A DNA stretch of 64,000 nucleotides, taken from Dictyostelium discoideum. Lineage: Eukaryota. Below the pieces are notes generated by a model. That model had not been told where the DNA came from and did no database searches. It saw only the letters and a list, made by a program, of their open reading frames with translations. The position numbers and the translations under genes were made by a program. The DNA lies in NCBI GenBank assembly GCA_000004695.1, contig CM000153.2, positions 1,472,001-1,536,000 of the forward strand, in the 5' to 3' direction. This document shows positions 27,215-49,827 of the stretch, piece by piece (within the stretch, counting starts at the first letter, position 1; every line of letters starts with the position of its first letter).

Positions 27215-27943
27215 TATCATTTGTTGGTGGAAATTCTTTTAATTCTTGATTTTCAGTTATGATATCAAGTTCTTTAAATAAAAATTCTGATGCTCTTTTT
27301 CTTGGTAATTTTTTATCATTATCACCACTATTATCATTATCATCATTAATATCTTTTAATAATTTACATTGTTCACTATGACCTAATTGCCAATCTAATT
27401 GTTGATGTTCTTTACCACAATAATGAACTTTTTTACAACCACTACAATTTGATTTTGCAAAACAACCACAATATTCACATGTATTTTGTCTATTTTTAGT
27501 ATATTGTAATTGATTTTTATAAATATCATTATAATCTTGATCATATTTTCTTTCATCTGCATCCATTGGATAAAAATCATTTATTTGTGGTAACTGAGTT
27601 CTAATTGCAATATAATAACCACATCTTGGATCTTTACAACAAAATATATGAATCATACGATGAAAACTTTCTTCTTTTTCATCAATTGGTGCATAAATTT
27701 GCATCAAAAATGAAACTTGTTTTGAACATTTTTCACAAACTAATTCTTCTTTTTTTGGTATATTACTTAAATCTAACCATGCCTATTTATTTTTATTTAT
27801 TAGTATATATATATATATATATATTTACGTAAATAATAAATAATACATACTGGTTTACCACCAACTTTAGTTGGAAAATAATTACTTGTTAATTGAGATT
27901 TATCAAAATCTTGTTCTGTAAAACCTAACACTACATCCACCAT
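26595..27943 (-). CDS. Programmed cell death protein 2 (PDCD2) homologue with a MYND zinc finger and PDCD2_C domain; exons (minus) 27943..27851, 27782..26595
   Basis: Exon 1 is MVDVVLGFTEQDFDKSQLTSNYFPTKVGGKP|GTATGT (compare human PDCD2 [28 protein letters not shown]). Exon 2 begins AWLDLSNIPKKEELVCEKCSKQVSFLMQIYAPIDEKEESFHRMIHIFCCKDPRC. It contains the MYND finger CEYCGCFAKSNCSGCKKVHYCGKEHQQLDWQLGHSEQC and the PDCD2_C motif ..CSNCGSNRKFEFQILPQLLYFL...SIYTCESSCK. The listed ORF start at 27707 is a TTG inside exon 2. Confidence 0.8.
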
Positions 27944-27960
27944 TTTTATTATTTTTGAAA

Positions 27961-28012
<52 letters not shown>

Positions 28013-28215
28013 TGGGCAAAACCGAACGAAAAATTTTTTTTTATTTTTGGCGATTAAAAAAATGATTTTATTTTTGTTTTTTTTTTTATTTATTTTTAGT
28101 GATTATTTATTACATTAATTCTGAGAGAAAAGTTTTTATTTTATTTTTTTAAAAAACAGAAAAAGAAAAAGAAAAAAAAGAAAAAAAAAAAAAGTATAAA
28201 AGTTTAATCTAGCTA

Positions 28216-28250
<35 letters not shown>

Positions 28251-28254
<4 letters not shown>

Positions 28255-30171
28255 CTTTTTAATGGCATTAAAGATGAAATTGTATCTTTCCAATCATTAC
28301 AATCATTTGAAGAAGTTGAAAAAGTAATAATTTCAACAGGAGAGATTGAATTTGTTTTGATGTATAATTTTATATCGGAATAACCTGGATGATTTGGATT
28401 ATCAGTGACGATATCAATTTGGAAGCAGGTATCTAAGTTTATGTATTGTGAAGTTGGAATTTGTTTAGTTTCATCGAAATATTCCCTCATTTCACCATCG
28501 GTTGAGATTTCATAATATCTCTTTTCTAAAGTTTCTTGATTTGAACTACTAATTGATTTTCTCTTTAACCAACCTTCTTTGACAATCTTTGTAATTAAAC
28601 ATGGATTTGAATTTGATGATGATGATCTTGATCTTGTAATTGGTACACCTGTACTTAATTTTGAATTTCCATTATTATTGTTGTTGTTGTTGTTGCAATT
28701 GTTATTACTACTATTACTACTATTGCTACAATTACTATTACAACTATTATTTAAACTTCCACTACCACCACCACCACCACTACTATTACTACTACAACTT
28801 AATGGTGATGTTGGTATATTACTACTACTATTATTATTACATGTATTGTTTGTTGAAGATGAACCTGATGAATTTATTGATGAAGTCGATGAAGTAATTG
28901 ATGTGGTTGATGAAGTAATTGATGTAGTTGTTGTAGTAGTTGTTGATGCCATTGATGTTGGGAATGATATACTTCTATTTCTTTTAGATTTATTATTAAA
29001 ATTTCTAAAATAAAAATAAAAATAATAATTAATAATAATTAATAATTAATAATATATAAAATATGGTAATGGTAATAATTACCTTTCGTCATCAATTTCT
29101 AAATTTGACATTAATTTAGTATTTTCTGAATTAACTTTTGAAAGTTTTTCTTGTTCTCTAATAATCTTTTGACCTAATACAAAGTTTTCAGCTTTTAATG
29201 CATCAATATCTTCTTTTTTATTACCATTAGATTCAAGTTCTTTGATTTTATCTCTTAATACAATTACCTCATCTTGTAATTTCAAAAGTGATCTATGATC
29301 ATTAATTTCATTTTCTAATCTTTTTTCTAATGCTCTAAAATAATTATAAATTAGAATTAGAAATAAAAAAAAATTAAAAAAAATTAAAAAAAGTAAGAAA
29401 AGAGGGGTATTAATAAAAGAGGTATTTTTTTTTTTTTTTTTTTTTTCTTTCTTTTTTTCTTTTTTTTTTAAAATAAATATAATTACTTTTTATCTTTCAT
29501 TACATCTTGAATTTGTTTTTGTAATTTATTTACAATGAATTCTTCTTCTTGTTCTAATTGATTTTCAAGATCGACTTTTTCTTTCATAATCTATAAAATC
29601 AAGTATAACAAAATTTATATATATATAAAAAAAAAAAAATTAATAAATAAAACATAAAAAAAAAAAAATATGTAAATAAAATAAAAAAAGTGAAAAACAT
29701 ACAGTTAACATTTTCTTTTGAAGAGTATTTGTAAGGTATTCTTCCTCTTGTTCCACTTTTAAGGCAAGTTCTTCCTTTTCTTTTTTCAATTGATTCAAAT
29801 ATTTCATAAATTTATTAGTAATATACTCTTCTTCATTCTCTGTTACTATTTGCTAAATAAAGGTAATTTGTAAAAATGATTAATAAAAAAAAAAAAAATA
29901 ATAATAATAATAAAAACAAAAAATATAATATAATAATAAAAAAAGGAAAAAAAGTAATATGTTAATATAAAAAAAAAAAAAAAGTGTAAAATATATATTT
30001 TAATTAAAAAAGAAAATAAAATAAAATTATAATTACAATTCTTGCATGTGAGTCTCTTAATTGTTTTAATTCTTCTACTAATGTTCTATTTCTATTTTTT
30101 TCTGTCAATAACTGTCTTTGAAGATCTTCAATTATTTCTTTTGAAGATTTCTCTGCTGCATTACTGTCCAT
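28251..30171 (-). CDS. Coiled-coil protein with Ser/Thr/Asn-rich linker and C-terminal PH-like domain; exons (minus) 30171..30037, 29852..29703, 29590..29487, 29334..29083, 29004..28251
   Basis: The five exons join in frame. Exon 1 is MDSNAAEKSSKEIIEDLQRQLLTEKNRNRTLVEELKQLRDSHARI|GTAATT. Exon 2 is QIVTENEEEYITNKFMKYLNQLKKEKEELALKVEQEEEYLTNTLQKKMLT|GTATGT. Exon 3 is IMKEKVDLENQLEQEEEFIVNKLQKQIQDVMKDK(K)|GTAATT. Exon 4 is ALEKRLENEINDHRSLLKLQDEVIVLRDKIKELESNG...LEIDDE(R)|GTAATT. Exon 5 is NFNNKSKRNRSISFPTSMASTTTT...KIVKEGWLKRKSISSSNQETLEKRYYEISTDGEMREYFDE.., a PH-like GWLKRK motif. All phases were checked. The product is about 464 aa. Confidence 0.65.
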
Positions 30172-30274
30172 TTTGAAGGTTTTTTTTTTTTTTTATTTTA
30201 TTTTTTATTTATATAAATTGAGAAACAAAAGTTTGTAATGAATGGAGATTATATTTCTATAGGTTGTTTCTCTC

Positions 30275-30318
<44 letters not shown>

Positions 30319-30421
30319 GAATCTATGTGTTACTTTTTTTTTTTTTTTTTAATTTGAAATTTGTTAATTTATTTTATTTTATTTTTTTTTTTTTTTTTTT
30401 CTTTTTGATTTTTTTTTTATT

Positions 30422-30456
<35 letters not shown>

Positions 30457-31026
30457 TTATTTTTTATTTTTTTTTTTTTTTTGATTTTTTAATTTTAAAA
30501 GAAAATAATTATAATAATATTTGCTTATTTTAACGAAATTTCATAAGTTTTTTTTGAATTTGAGTAATAATAGCATTTGTTTCACCTAAAGCAATAACGA
30601 GATTTTCTTTTTTTTTTTTTTTTTTTTTATTTTAAACCCTAAAAAAAATAAAATTAAAGAATTATAATATTTTTTTAAAAATTATTAATAAAATTAATTT
30701 TTGATCGCTCTGAGATTTAATTGAGTGTTGTATAACAAAATTTGATTTAAATTAAATTTTGTTATACATTTCTAAACAATTTTTTTTAAATTTTATTTTA
30801 TTATTTTTTTTTATTTATTTTTTTTATTTTTTTATTTTTTTATTTATTTTTTTATTTTTTTTATTTTTTTTGTTTTTTTTTTTTTTTATTATTATTATTT
30901 ATTATTTTTTGGTTGTAAGAATCTATAAGAAGATTCTCGAAATTGTTATTAATCTAAATTAATTAATAATTAATATTTCATGAAAAAAAAAAAAAAAAAT
31001 AGGGTGGTCTTGATTATTTTTTTTTT

Positions 31027-31092
31027 TTTTTGGCGCGAGGAGCACAATATATTTATAAAAAAATATGTGCGTTAAAATTATCGCGCCAAAAA
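31027..31092. promoter_or_regulatory. Pair of inverted E2F-like GC boxes (TTTTGGCGCGAGG ... ATCGCGCCAAAA) about 470 bp upstream of the RNR large-subunit ATG
   Basis: These are the only GC-rich hexamers (GGCGCG at 31032-37, CGCGCC at 31082-87) in more than 1 kb of roughly 90% AT intergenic DNA. They are arranged as an inverted repeat 44 bp apart and match the E2F consensus TTTSSCGC. Confidence 0.4.
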
Positions 31093-31560
31093 AAAAAAAT
31101 AAAAAAATAAAAAAAATTAAAAAAAAAAAAAAAAAATAATAAAAAAAAAAAAAAAAAATTTATTTTTAATTTTCCTCAAACATCAATAATATATAGCAAT
31201 AAACTAAATAAATAAATAAAAAAAAAAACAACAATCACTTTTTTTTTTTTGTTTTTTTTATTAAATATTTGTTTATTTCTTATAATAATCTCTCCTTTTT
31301 TTTTTTTTTTTTTCCCTTTCCTCATTGTTTTTTTAAATCCCTAAAAAAGTTAAATTAATAAAAAAAAACAAAAAAAATAAAAAAAAAAAAAAAAAAAAAA
31401 GTAATTTTCCACTAAAAACGTTGGTTACAACCAACACTCCCCCCTTAACAACAAATTTTTATTATTTTTTTTATTTTACTAACATTGTTATTAAAATTTA
31501 AAATTTTTATATTAGATGATAAGTAATAGTATTAATGTAACTCCAAATAAAGAGTCAAAG

Positions 31561-34100
31561 ATGTATGTTGTAAAAAGAGATGGTACAAAAGAAAATGTAA
31601 AATTAACATTAAATAAAACTATTTATAAATAAAAAAAATAAAAAAATAAACAATAAAACTAATAATAAAAAAAAAAAAAAAATAAAGGTATCATTTGATA
31701 AAATTACATCAAGAATTTCATTTTTATGTGAAATGGAACCAAAATTAAATTCAGATATAGTTGATCCAATTGAAGTAGCACAAAAAGTAGTTAGTGGAGT
31801 ATTTCCAGGTGTAAAGACTACAGAATTGGATAATTTGGCAGCCGAGACAGCAGCATATATGTCAACACGTCATCCAGATTATGGTATTTTGGCAGCACGT
31901 ATTAGTGTATCGAATCTTCATAAACAAACTTCAAAGAGTTTTGTAGAGACAGTTAAGAAACAATATGAATTCATTAATCCAAAGAGCAATTTATTGGCAC
32001 CATTGGTCAGCAAGGAGCTCTATGAAATCGTAATGAAACATGGTGAGAGATTGGAGAGTGTCATTGATTATTATCGTGATTTCGATTACGATTTCTTTGG
32101 ATTCAAAACATTGGAACGTTCCTATCTTCATCGTATCAATGGTAAAATTGTCGAGCGTCCACAACACATGTTGATGCGTGTCTCCATTGGTATCCATGGC
32201 GAAGACCTCGAATCTGCCATCAACACCTACAAACGTTTGTCTGAGAAATTGTTCACTCATGCCACACCAACTCTATTCAACGCAGGTACACCATCACCAC
32301 AAATGTCATCTTGTTTCTTGGTTCAAATGAAGGAGGATTCAATCGATGGTATTTATGACACTTTGAAACAATGTGCACTCATTTCAAAGAGTGCCGGTGG
32401 TATTGGTATTGCAGTTCATAAGATTCGTGCTGCTCAAAGTTATATTCGTGGTACCAATGGTACAAGCAATGGTTTGGTGCCAATGCTTCGTGTTTTCAAT
32501 GATACTGCTCGTTACGTCGATCAAGGTGGTGGCAAGAGAAAGGGTGCCTTTGCCGTTTACTTGGAACCATGGCACGCTGATGTCTTTGAATTTATTGATC
32601 TAAAGAAAAACACTGGTAAGGAAGAGATGAGAGCTAGAGATCTATTCTATGCTCTTTGGGTTAGTGATATTTTTATGGAACGTGTCGAACAAAATGGCGA
32701 TTGGGCCCTCTTTTGTCCAAATGAAGCACCAGGTCTTGCTGAAACTCACTCAGAGGAACATCGTGCTCTCTATTTGAAATACGAAGCAACACCTGACCTC
32801 CCAAGACGTGTCATTAAAGCTCAAGAACTTTGGTTCGCCATTATGGAGTCTCAAGTTGAAACTGGTACTCCATTCATTTTGTACAAGGATGCCTGTAATG
32901 CTAAATCCAATCAAAAGAATTTAGGTACCATTAGTAGTAGTAATCTTTGTACCGAGATCATTCAATACACATCACCAGATGAAATCGCCGTTTGTAATCT
33001 TGCCTCTATAGCACTTCCAAAGTTTGTTCGTCAAAAAGTAGGCTCAACCGATCCAAAAGAAAAAGAGTTTGACCATCAATTCCTATTTGAAATCACAAAG
33101 TTAATAACCGTCAATCTTAACGTTATCATCGATCGTAACTATTATCCAGTGGCTGAGGCTAAAACTTCAAATCTTAGACATCGTCCAATTGGTATTGGTA
33201 TTCAAGGTTTGGCCGATGTTTTCATTAAAATGCGTATGCCTTTCGATAGTGTTGCCGCCGCTAAATTAAATGTTGAAATCGCCGAAACCATTTACTTTGC
33301 CGCTTTGACTGCCTCTCATGAATTGGCGATCCGTGATGGTACCTATGAATCTTTCAAAGGTTCACCAGCTTCCAAAGGTATCCTCCAATTTGATATGTGG
33401 AATGTTACACCAAGTTCTCGTTGGAATTGGGCAGAGCTAAAGGATAACATTGTCAATAAGGGTGGTTTACGTAATTCACTCCTCATTGCACCAATGCCAA
33501 CCGCTTCAACAAGTCAAATCCTTGGTAACAATGAATGCTTTGAACCTTACACTTCCAACATTTACAGTCGTCGTGTTTTAGCAGGTGAATTCACAATTGT
33601 CAACAAACAATTACTCGAAGATCTCATGGAATTGGGCATTTGGTCACCAGAGATGAAGAATCAAATCGTTGCTGCACGTGGTTCCATTCAATCCATCGGT
33701 GGCATCCCTGATGATTTGAAAGAACTCTATAAAACAGTTTGGGAAATCCGTCAAAGAACTCTCATCGATATGGCTGCTGATCGTGGTGCTTTCATCGATC
33801 AAAGTCAAAGTTTCAATGTTTTCATTGCTGAACCAACCTTTGCTAAACTCACCTCAATGCATTTCTACTCATGGAAGAAAGGTTTAAAGACTGGTATGTA
33901 CTATCTTCGTACTCGTCCTGCCGCTGATGCAATTCAATTCACTGTTGATCCAATCGTATCTCAAACTCCAAAACCAGTTGAAAATAATATAAACTCAACT
34001 ACACCACTTAAAACTCCAACTAAAACTCCAAACTCTTCAAATCGTATCTCTACTAGTCCAACTAATAATTTAACAAGTCCAATTCGTTTTAATATAACCC

Positions 34101-34138
<38 letters not shown>

Positions 34139-34219
34139 AATAATAATGAAGATGATTTGGCTAATTATGATGGTATGACTTGTCGTCGTGAAGAAGGTTG
34201 TTTAGTTTGTGGTAGTTAA
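31561..34219 (+). CDS. rnrA: Ribonucleoside-diphosphate reductase large subunit (RNR R1); exons 31561..31596, 31688..34219
   Basis: Exon 1 is [12 protein letters not shown]|GTAAAA. Exon 2 is [15 protein letters not shown]..., near-collinear with human RRM1 ([27 protein letters not shown]...). It has an ATP-cone, the catalytic core ([41 protein letters not shown]) and the C-terminal ..CLVCGS tail. The upstream ATG at 31516 is out of frame with stops. The symbol is a guess. Confidence 0.85.
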
Positions 34220-34684
34220 AAAAAAAAGAAAAAAAAAAAAAAACAATCAGAAAAGATTTAAGAAAAAAAAAAAAAAAAAAAAAAAAAATCAGAAAAGATT
34301 TAAGAAAAAAAAAAAAAAATGAAAAAAAAAAGCAATTTATGTTAAAACAATTTTGTATAAAAAAAAAAAAAAAAAAAAAAAAAGAAAATTAAATATTTTA
34401 ATAATAATAATATAATTTAATAATCATCAAGTTATGGAAAAAAAAATAAAAAAAAAAATAAAAAACAAAAAAAATTTTTAAAAAAAAAAAAGGAGATTTT
34501 AAAAATGATCCACCCAAAGACAAAGTTTGTAAAATTAATTATTTTGATTATAAGAAATGATTCGTGCCAAAGATTTTTATTTTTATTTTTTTCTTTTCTT
34601 TTTTTTTTTTATTTTTTATTTTCACTTTTTTTTTTATTTTTTATTTTTTTTTTCATGCAAATCTGAAGATTTTTGATCAATTTC

Positions 34685-34715
<31 letters not shown>

Positions 34716-34776
34716 GAAATTATTTTTTAAAATAAAAAAATCATAAAATTAAATTTAAAGATAATAATAAAAAAAA

Positions 34777-35852
34777 ATGAAATTTATAACATTTCCAATT
34801 TTATTTTTAATTTTTTTAAACCTTTTAAATTATATTCAATCACAATCAATTCAAAATAATAATTTTTTAAATATATTAGAAAATGATACAGCAACAAGTT
34901 TACTTAAAAATGTTTATAATATAACAATTGATAAAAGTATAGATATTTGCAAGTTTAGGGGATTTTTTAAATGTGGTCAATATGATCCTTATCAACCAAA
35001 AATATATTCAATAAATTATATAAATTTACCTCAACATAGAATAGGTGTTAACCATATAATTGAAGAGGATTTAACAGTTTTTACACATCTTTCAATTTTA
35101 AAAGTATCAGGTGGAATTCAATTATCAACTTCATTTTTTGATAATATTACTAAATTAAATTATTTAACTGATATGTATGTATTTATAAATTATTTTTTTC
35201 CAGTTTTTTTTTATTTAAATTCTTTTTTTTAATTCTTTTTTTTAATTAAAATATAAAGAAATATAAATAATCAAAGTCAACCAATTTCAAATAATACAAA
35301 ATTACCAGAATCATTAAATAAAGTATTTTTTAATTATTTATCAGTTAAATTAGGAAATGGTTGGTTTGAGTCAAATATAACTGAATTAACAATAGTTAGA
35401 CCTCAAATTGGATATGGGTTACCAAATAAATTAAATAAATACAATGATAGATTATTGAAATTAAATTTAGCTTTAACTCATTATTATCCAAGTTTACCAT
35501 TAAGAATGGGTCAATATTTATTAAATCTAACATATTTAGAATTTGCTATTTTCAATGACATTTCTTTAAATCAAGATTATAAGAATTTTACTATTCCAAC
35601 TTTTACAAACCCATTTAAAAAACTTGATAAATTTGTTGTTATTTTTTATAACAGTAGAGAAAAATATCAAATATTTAATATAGTATCGTCATTTTTAAAT
35701 TTATCAACATCTTTAACAAATTTTCAAACATTTGGTTTGGGTTTTGAAATTTCACCAAATATTAGTTTACTTGATTTTTCTTATTTAAATCCAGGTTTTA
35801 ATTTGTAAGATTCTTTTTTATTTTATGCATTCCAAAAATAATTACAATATTA

Positions 35853-35884
<32 letters not shown>

Positions 35885-37678
35885 AAAAAAAAAGTAATAT
35901 CGAAACTTGTAGTTTAATTGAAAAATGTAAAAATAATTGCTTTAAATTACCAGAAAGTTCATCATTAAGAACATTTGGATGTTCATATAATATTAGTTTA
36001 ATTAATTTTAATAATATTTCAAGTATAGAGGTGCAATATAATAATTTTCTTCAAAAATTACCAACCAATTTCAATGAAACAAAATTAAAAAATTTAATAA
36101 TTCAAGATTCAACAGTAAGTATATTAAATGTTTTTTAATATTATTAATATTTTTTTATAATTGTAAATAATAATAATTTATTTTTTATTATAATTTTAGA
36201 TTTTTGGATCAATTCCAAAAAGTTATTGTTCAATTAGTTCAATTAAAATTAATTATTTAAAAATAGATGGAGAAATACCATCATGTTTTCAATGTTTGGG
36301 TGGTGAAAAAGGTGGTGAGATGATATTACCAAATCAATTTTTAGATTTTGGTTACTATGTAGATCCAGTCTGTAAAAACTTTAAAGTATTTGAAACCTTT
36401 GATAAAGTATTTTTAGTTGATACAAATGGTACTAATATTTATATAACTGGTGTCGATTTGGGATGGGATATTAAAAGTATCAGTAATAATGATAATAATA
36501 ATTATAATAGTAATAATAATAATAACAACAATAATAATGTCTATTTTATAATACCAAATAGTAAATTTGTAATTGAAATTCCAATTGGAGTTGGAGTTAA
36601 TCATTCAACTACTTTTACATTTGAAAATACAAAAATTTCAAAAACTCTTTATTATAATTATAAACCACCAATAATTTCACATTATTCTTGTTTTACTGAT
36701 GAATATGGTATTGAAAAATTGGTTCTATATGGTAGTGGTTTCGATTTTACTGGTAATGGTAATATACTTTTAGTTAATAATAATTTTCCATTCATTACTT
36801 ACACTGACATTGAAAGTGGTACTATATCATCCCCATATTTTGATTTTATTCATCAACAACTAGTCGAGGGCCAAAGTTATAATTTTACAATATCAGTTGG
36901 TGGTCAAAAATCAAATATGACTACTTTTTATTATTTTAAATCAATTACTATTAATAACGAAAACAATAATGCAACTATAAAATTAAATAACACTGGTGGA
37001 TTCATTCAATTGAATGGTACATTCTCAACATTTGATCGTAATTTAGTATCAGTTAAAATTAATGGTATTCCATTGAGAGTAGTAGATGTTACAAATTCAA
37101 CATTACTTTTAATTTATCCACCAATAACTCTAATCAATAGTAATTATAATAAAACTGCAAATTATAGTGGTTTAAATTTAATTTTAAATGTTGGTGGACA
37201 TCAATATAAAACTATTATTGATTTTATTTATAATCCTGATGCATCAAATGAAACAGATAAAATATTCCCAATTCCAAGACCACCACATATAATAACACCA
37301 AATCCAACCACACCAAATAATACAAGCAATGAACCAATTCCAAATCCAACGGAACCAAATAATACAAGTAGTGAACCAATTCCAATACCAATACCAAATA
37401 ATATAACAACAGGAGGAAATAATAATACAACCACTGGTTTTGATACAATTACAGAGGGTGGGGGTTTCACGACAACAGTGGATAAGGTAATATCCAGTAG
37501 TCAAACTATAACAGGTAATGGGATAACTACAAGTACCAACATCAATGGTGAAATAGTTAGTGGAGCAACAACTAATGGAATAACACAAAATAGACCTACA
37601 GGATTTGAGATTTCAACATTTTTATTAACAACCATCTCATTCGATAATAGTGTAAATAATCACAAAAAAAATAAATAA
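34777..37678 (+). CDS. Secreted/cell-surface glycoprotein with leucine-rich repeats, IPT/TIG-like domains, Pro/Thr/Asn-rich stalk and hydrophobic C-terminus (GPI/TM-like); exons 34777..35174, 35259..35804, 35895..36114, 36200..37678
   Basis: There is an N-terminal signal peptide, MKFITFPILFLIFLNLLNYIQSQS. Exon 1 ends ..LTD+at|GTATGT and the acceptor at 35258 continues I-NINNQSQPISNNTKLPESLNKVFFNYLSVKLGNGWFESNITELTIV.., LRR-like. A GTAAGA donor at 35805 is followed by exon 3 FNIETCSLIEKCKNNCFKLPESSSLRTFGCSYNISLINF..QDST|GTAAGT. Exon 4 is IFGSIPKSYCSISSIKINYLKIDGEIPSCFQC.., then beta-rich IPT/TIG-like segments (VSVKINGIPLRVVDVTNSTLLLIYPP), repeated TPNNTSNEPIPNPTEPNNTS, many N-glycosylation sites, and the C-terminal FEISTFLLTTISF. 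Confidence 0.6.
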
Positions 37679-37746
37679 AATTCCAAATTAATTAATTAAT
37701 TATTATTACTTTTTTTTTTTTATAAAATTTTAATAGTTTATATTTA

Positions 37747-37779
<33 letters not shown>

Positions 37780-37860
37780 AAGAAATGAATATTATTTATT
37801 TCCTTGGAGGTGGGAAAAAAAAAAAATAGATTATAATTGTTTTGTTTTTTGTTTTTTTTT

Positions 37861-48159
<10,299 letters not shown>

Positions 48160-48613
48160 TTTATTTTTTTATATTTTTTTATATTTTCTTTTTTTATTTA
48201 CTAATTTTTTTTTTTTTTTTAATATTTTTTTTTTTTAATAATAAAATAAATAATTAAAAAAAAATAATAATGGTCGAATATTAAAAAAATAAATAAATAA
48301 AAAAAAAAAAGTATAAAAAAAAAAAAAAAAAAAAAAAATTAAACAAAAAAATTTGAAAGATATAAAAAGAATAAATATATTTTTAAAAATTAAATAAAAA
48401 TTAAAAAATTAAAAAATAAAAAAAATAAAAATAAATAAAAAAAAATAAAAAATGATAGCCAACAACTTTAATTGGAGTTGTGTGCTAAAGAGTGGTGTGT
48501 GTTTAAAAAAAAAAAAAAAAAAAAAAATAATTATAAAATAAAATAATAAAATAAAATGAAATAATACAAAATGAGTGATGATTAAAACATATATACGAAA
48601 AATATAAAATAGA

Positions 48614-48647
<34 letters not shown>

Positions 48648-48953
48648 TAATTTATAAAATAAAATAAAATAAAAAAAAATTAATTAAAAAAGGAGAAAAT
48701 TAAAAAATTATAATTTAAAATTTTATTTTATAAAAGAATAAAAATAATAATATTAATAATAATAATAAAAAAGGAAAATAAGTGGAGCTAAAAAAGGGTT
48801 GTTTGTTGTTAAAATTACATCGTTAAACTCTGTATGAAATGAGAAACAAAAAAAAAAAAAAAACCTCAGTTTTTAAAGATTTATTTATTAAATTTGATTT
48901 TGACACACTCCTACATACATACCCCACCAAAAACACAATCAAACTAATTTCTT

Positions 48954-48962
<9 letters not shown>

Positions 48963-49021
<59 letters not shown>
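48963..49021. repeat. T59 homopolymer followed immediately by a short GC island (gttaaccccggaacccccacac)
   Basis: This is read directly from the sequence. Confidence 0.9.
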
Positions 49022-49022
<1 letters not shown>

Positions 49023-49552
49023 TTAACCCCGGAACCCCCACACTACTGATGATAATAATAACAAAAATTAACACCATGCAAACCATAAAAAATATAAAAA
49101 TAATAAAAAATTATTAATACAAAAAAAAAAAAAAATTAAAAAAAAGTTTTATAAGAAATAAATGAAAATCATCACAACACTCGTGTATTTGAGGTGTGAG
49201 ATATATTTTAAATAAAAAATAAAGAAATGAAAAAATCAATCAAAAAAAAAAAAAAAAAAAGTGATGGGAAAGTGTTGAGTTTGAAATGGATGATCGAGTA
49301 AAATAAAAAATAAAAATAAAAAAAATAAAAAAAAAAACTGAAAAAACTCTTTGGAAAAAATATCTTTTGGAAAAATGAAAATAATTTTCTTTTTTTTTTT
49401 ATTTTTTTTTTTTATTTTTTTTTTTTTCTCATTTTTTTTTTTTTTTAAATTTCATTTCCGCAATTTGAATCACTCTTTCACTTTTTTTTTTATTATTATT
49501 ATAATTATTATTGTTATAATTTGTATTATTATTAAAAAAAAAAAAAAAAAAA

Positions 49553-49783
49553 ATGAAATCAATTTTTTTGATTTGTTTATTAGTCATTGCAAGTTTATTC
49601 ATTGGAAATAGTTTTGCCAATGATTCAATTAAAGCAGATGCACTCGAATGTGAAATGTGTAATTTCGTTACTGGATGGGCAGAAGAATTTGTTACTAAAA
49701 ATGCAACAGAACAAGAAATCATCCAAAAATTAGAAGATGCATGCAATATATTACCAAAAGAATATGCTCAAGATGTATTTATC

Positions 49784-49827
<44 letters not shown>

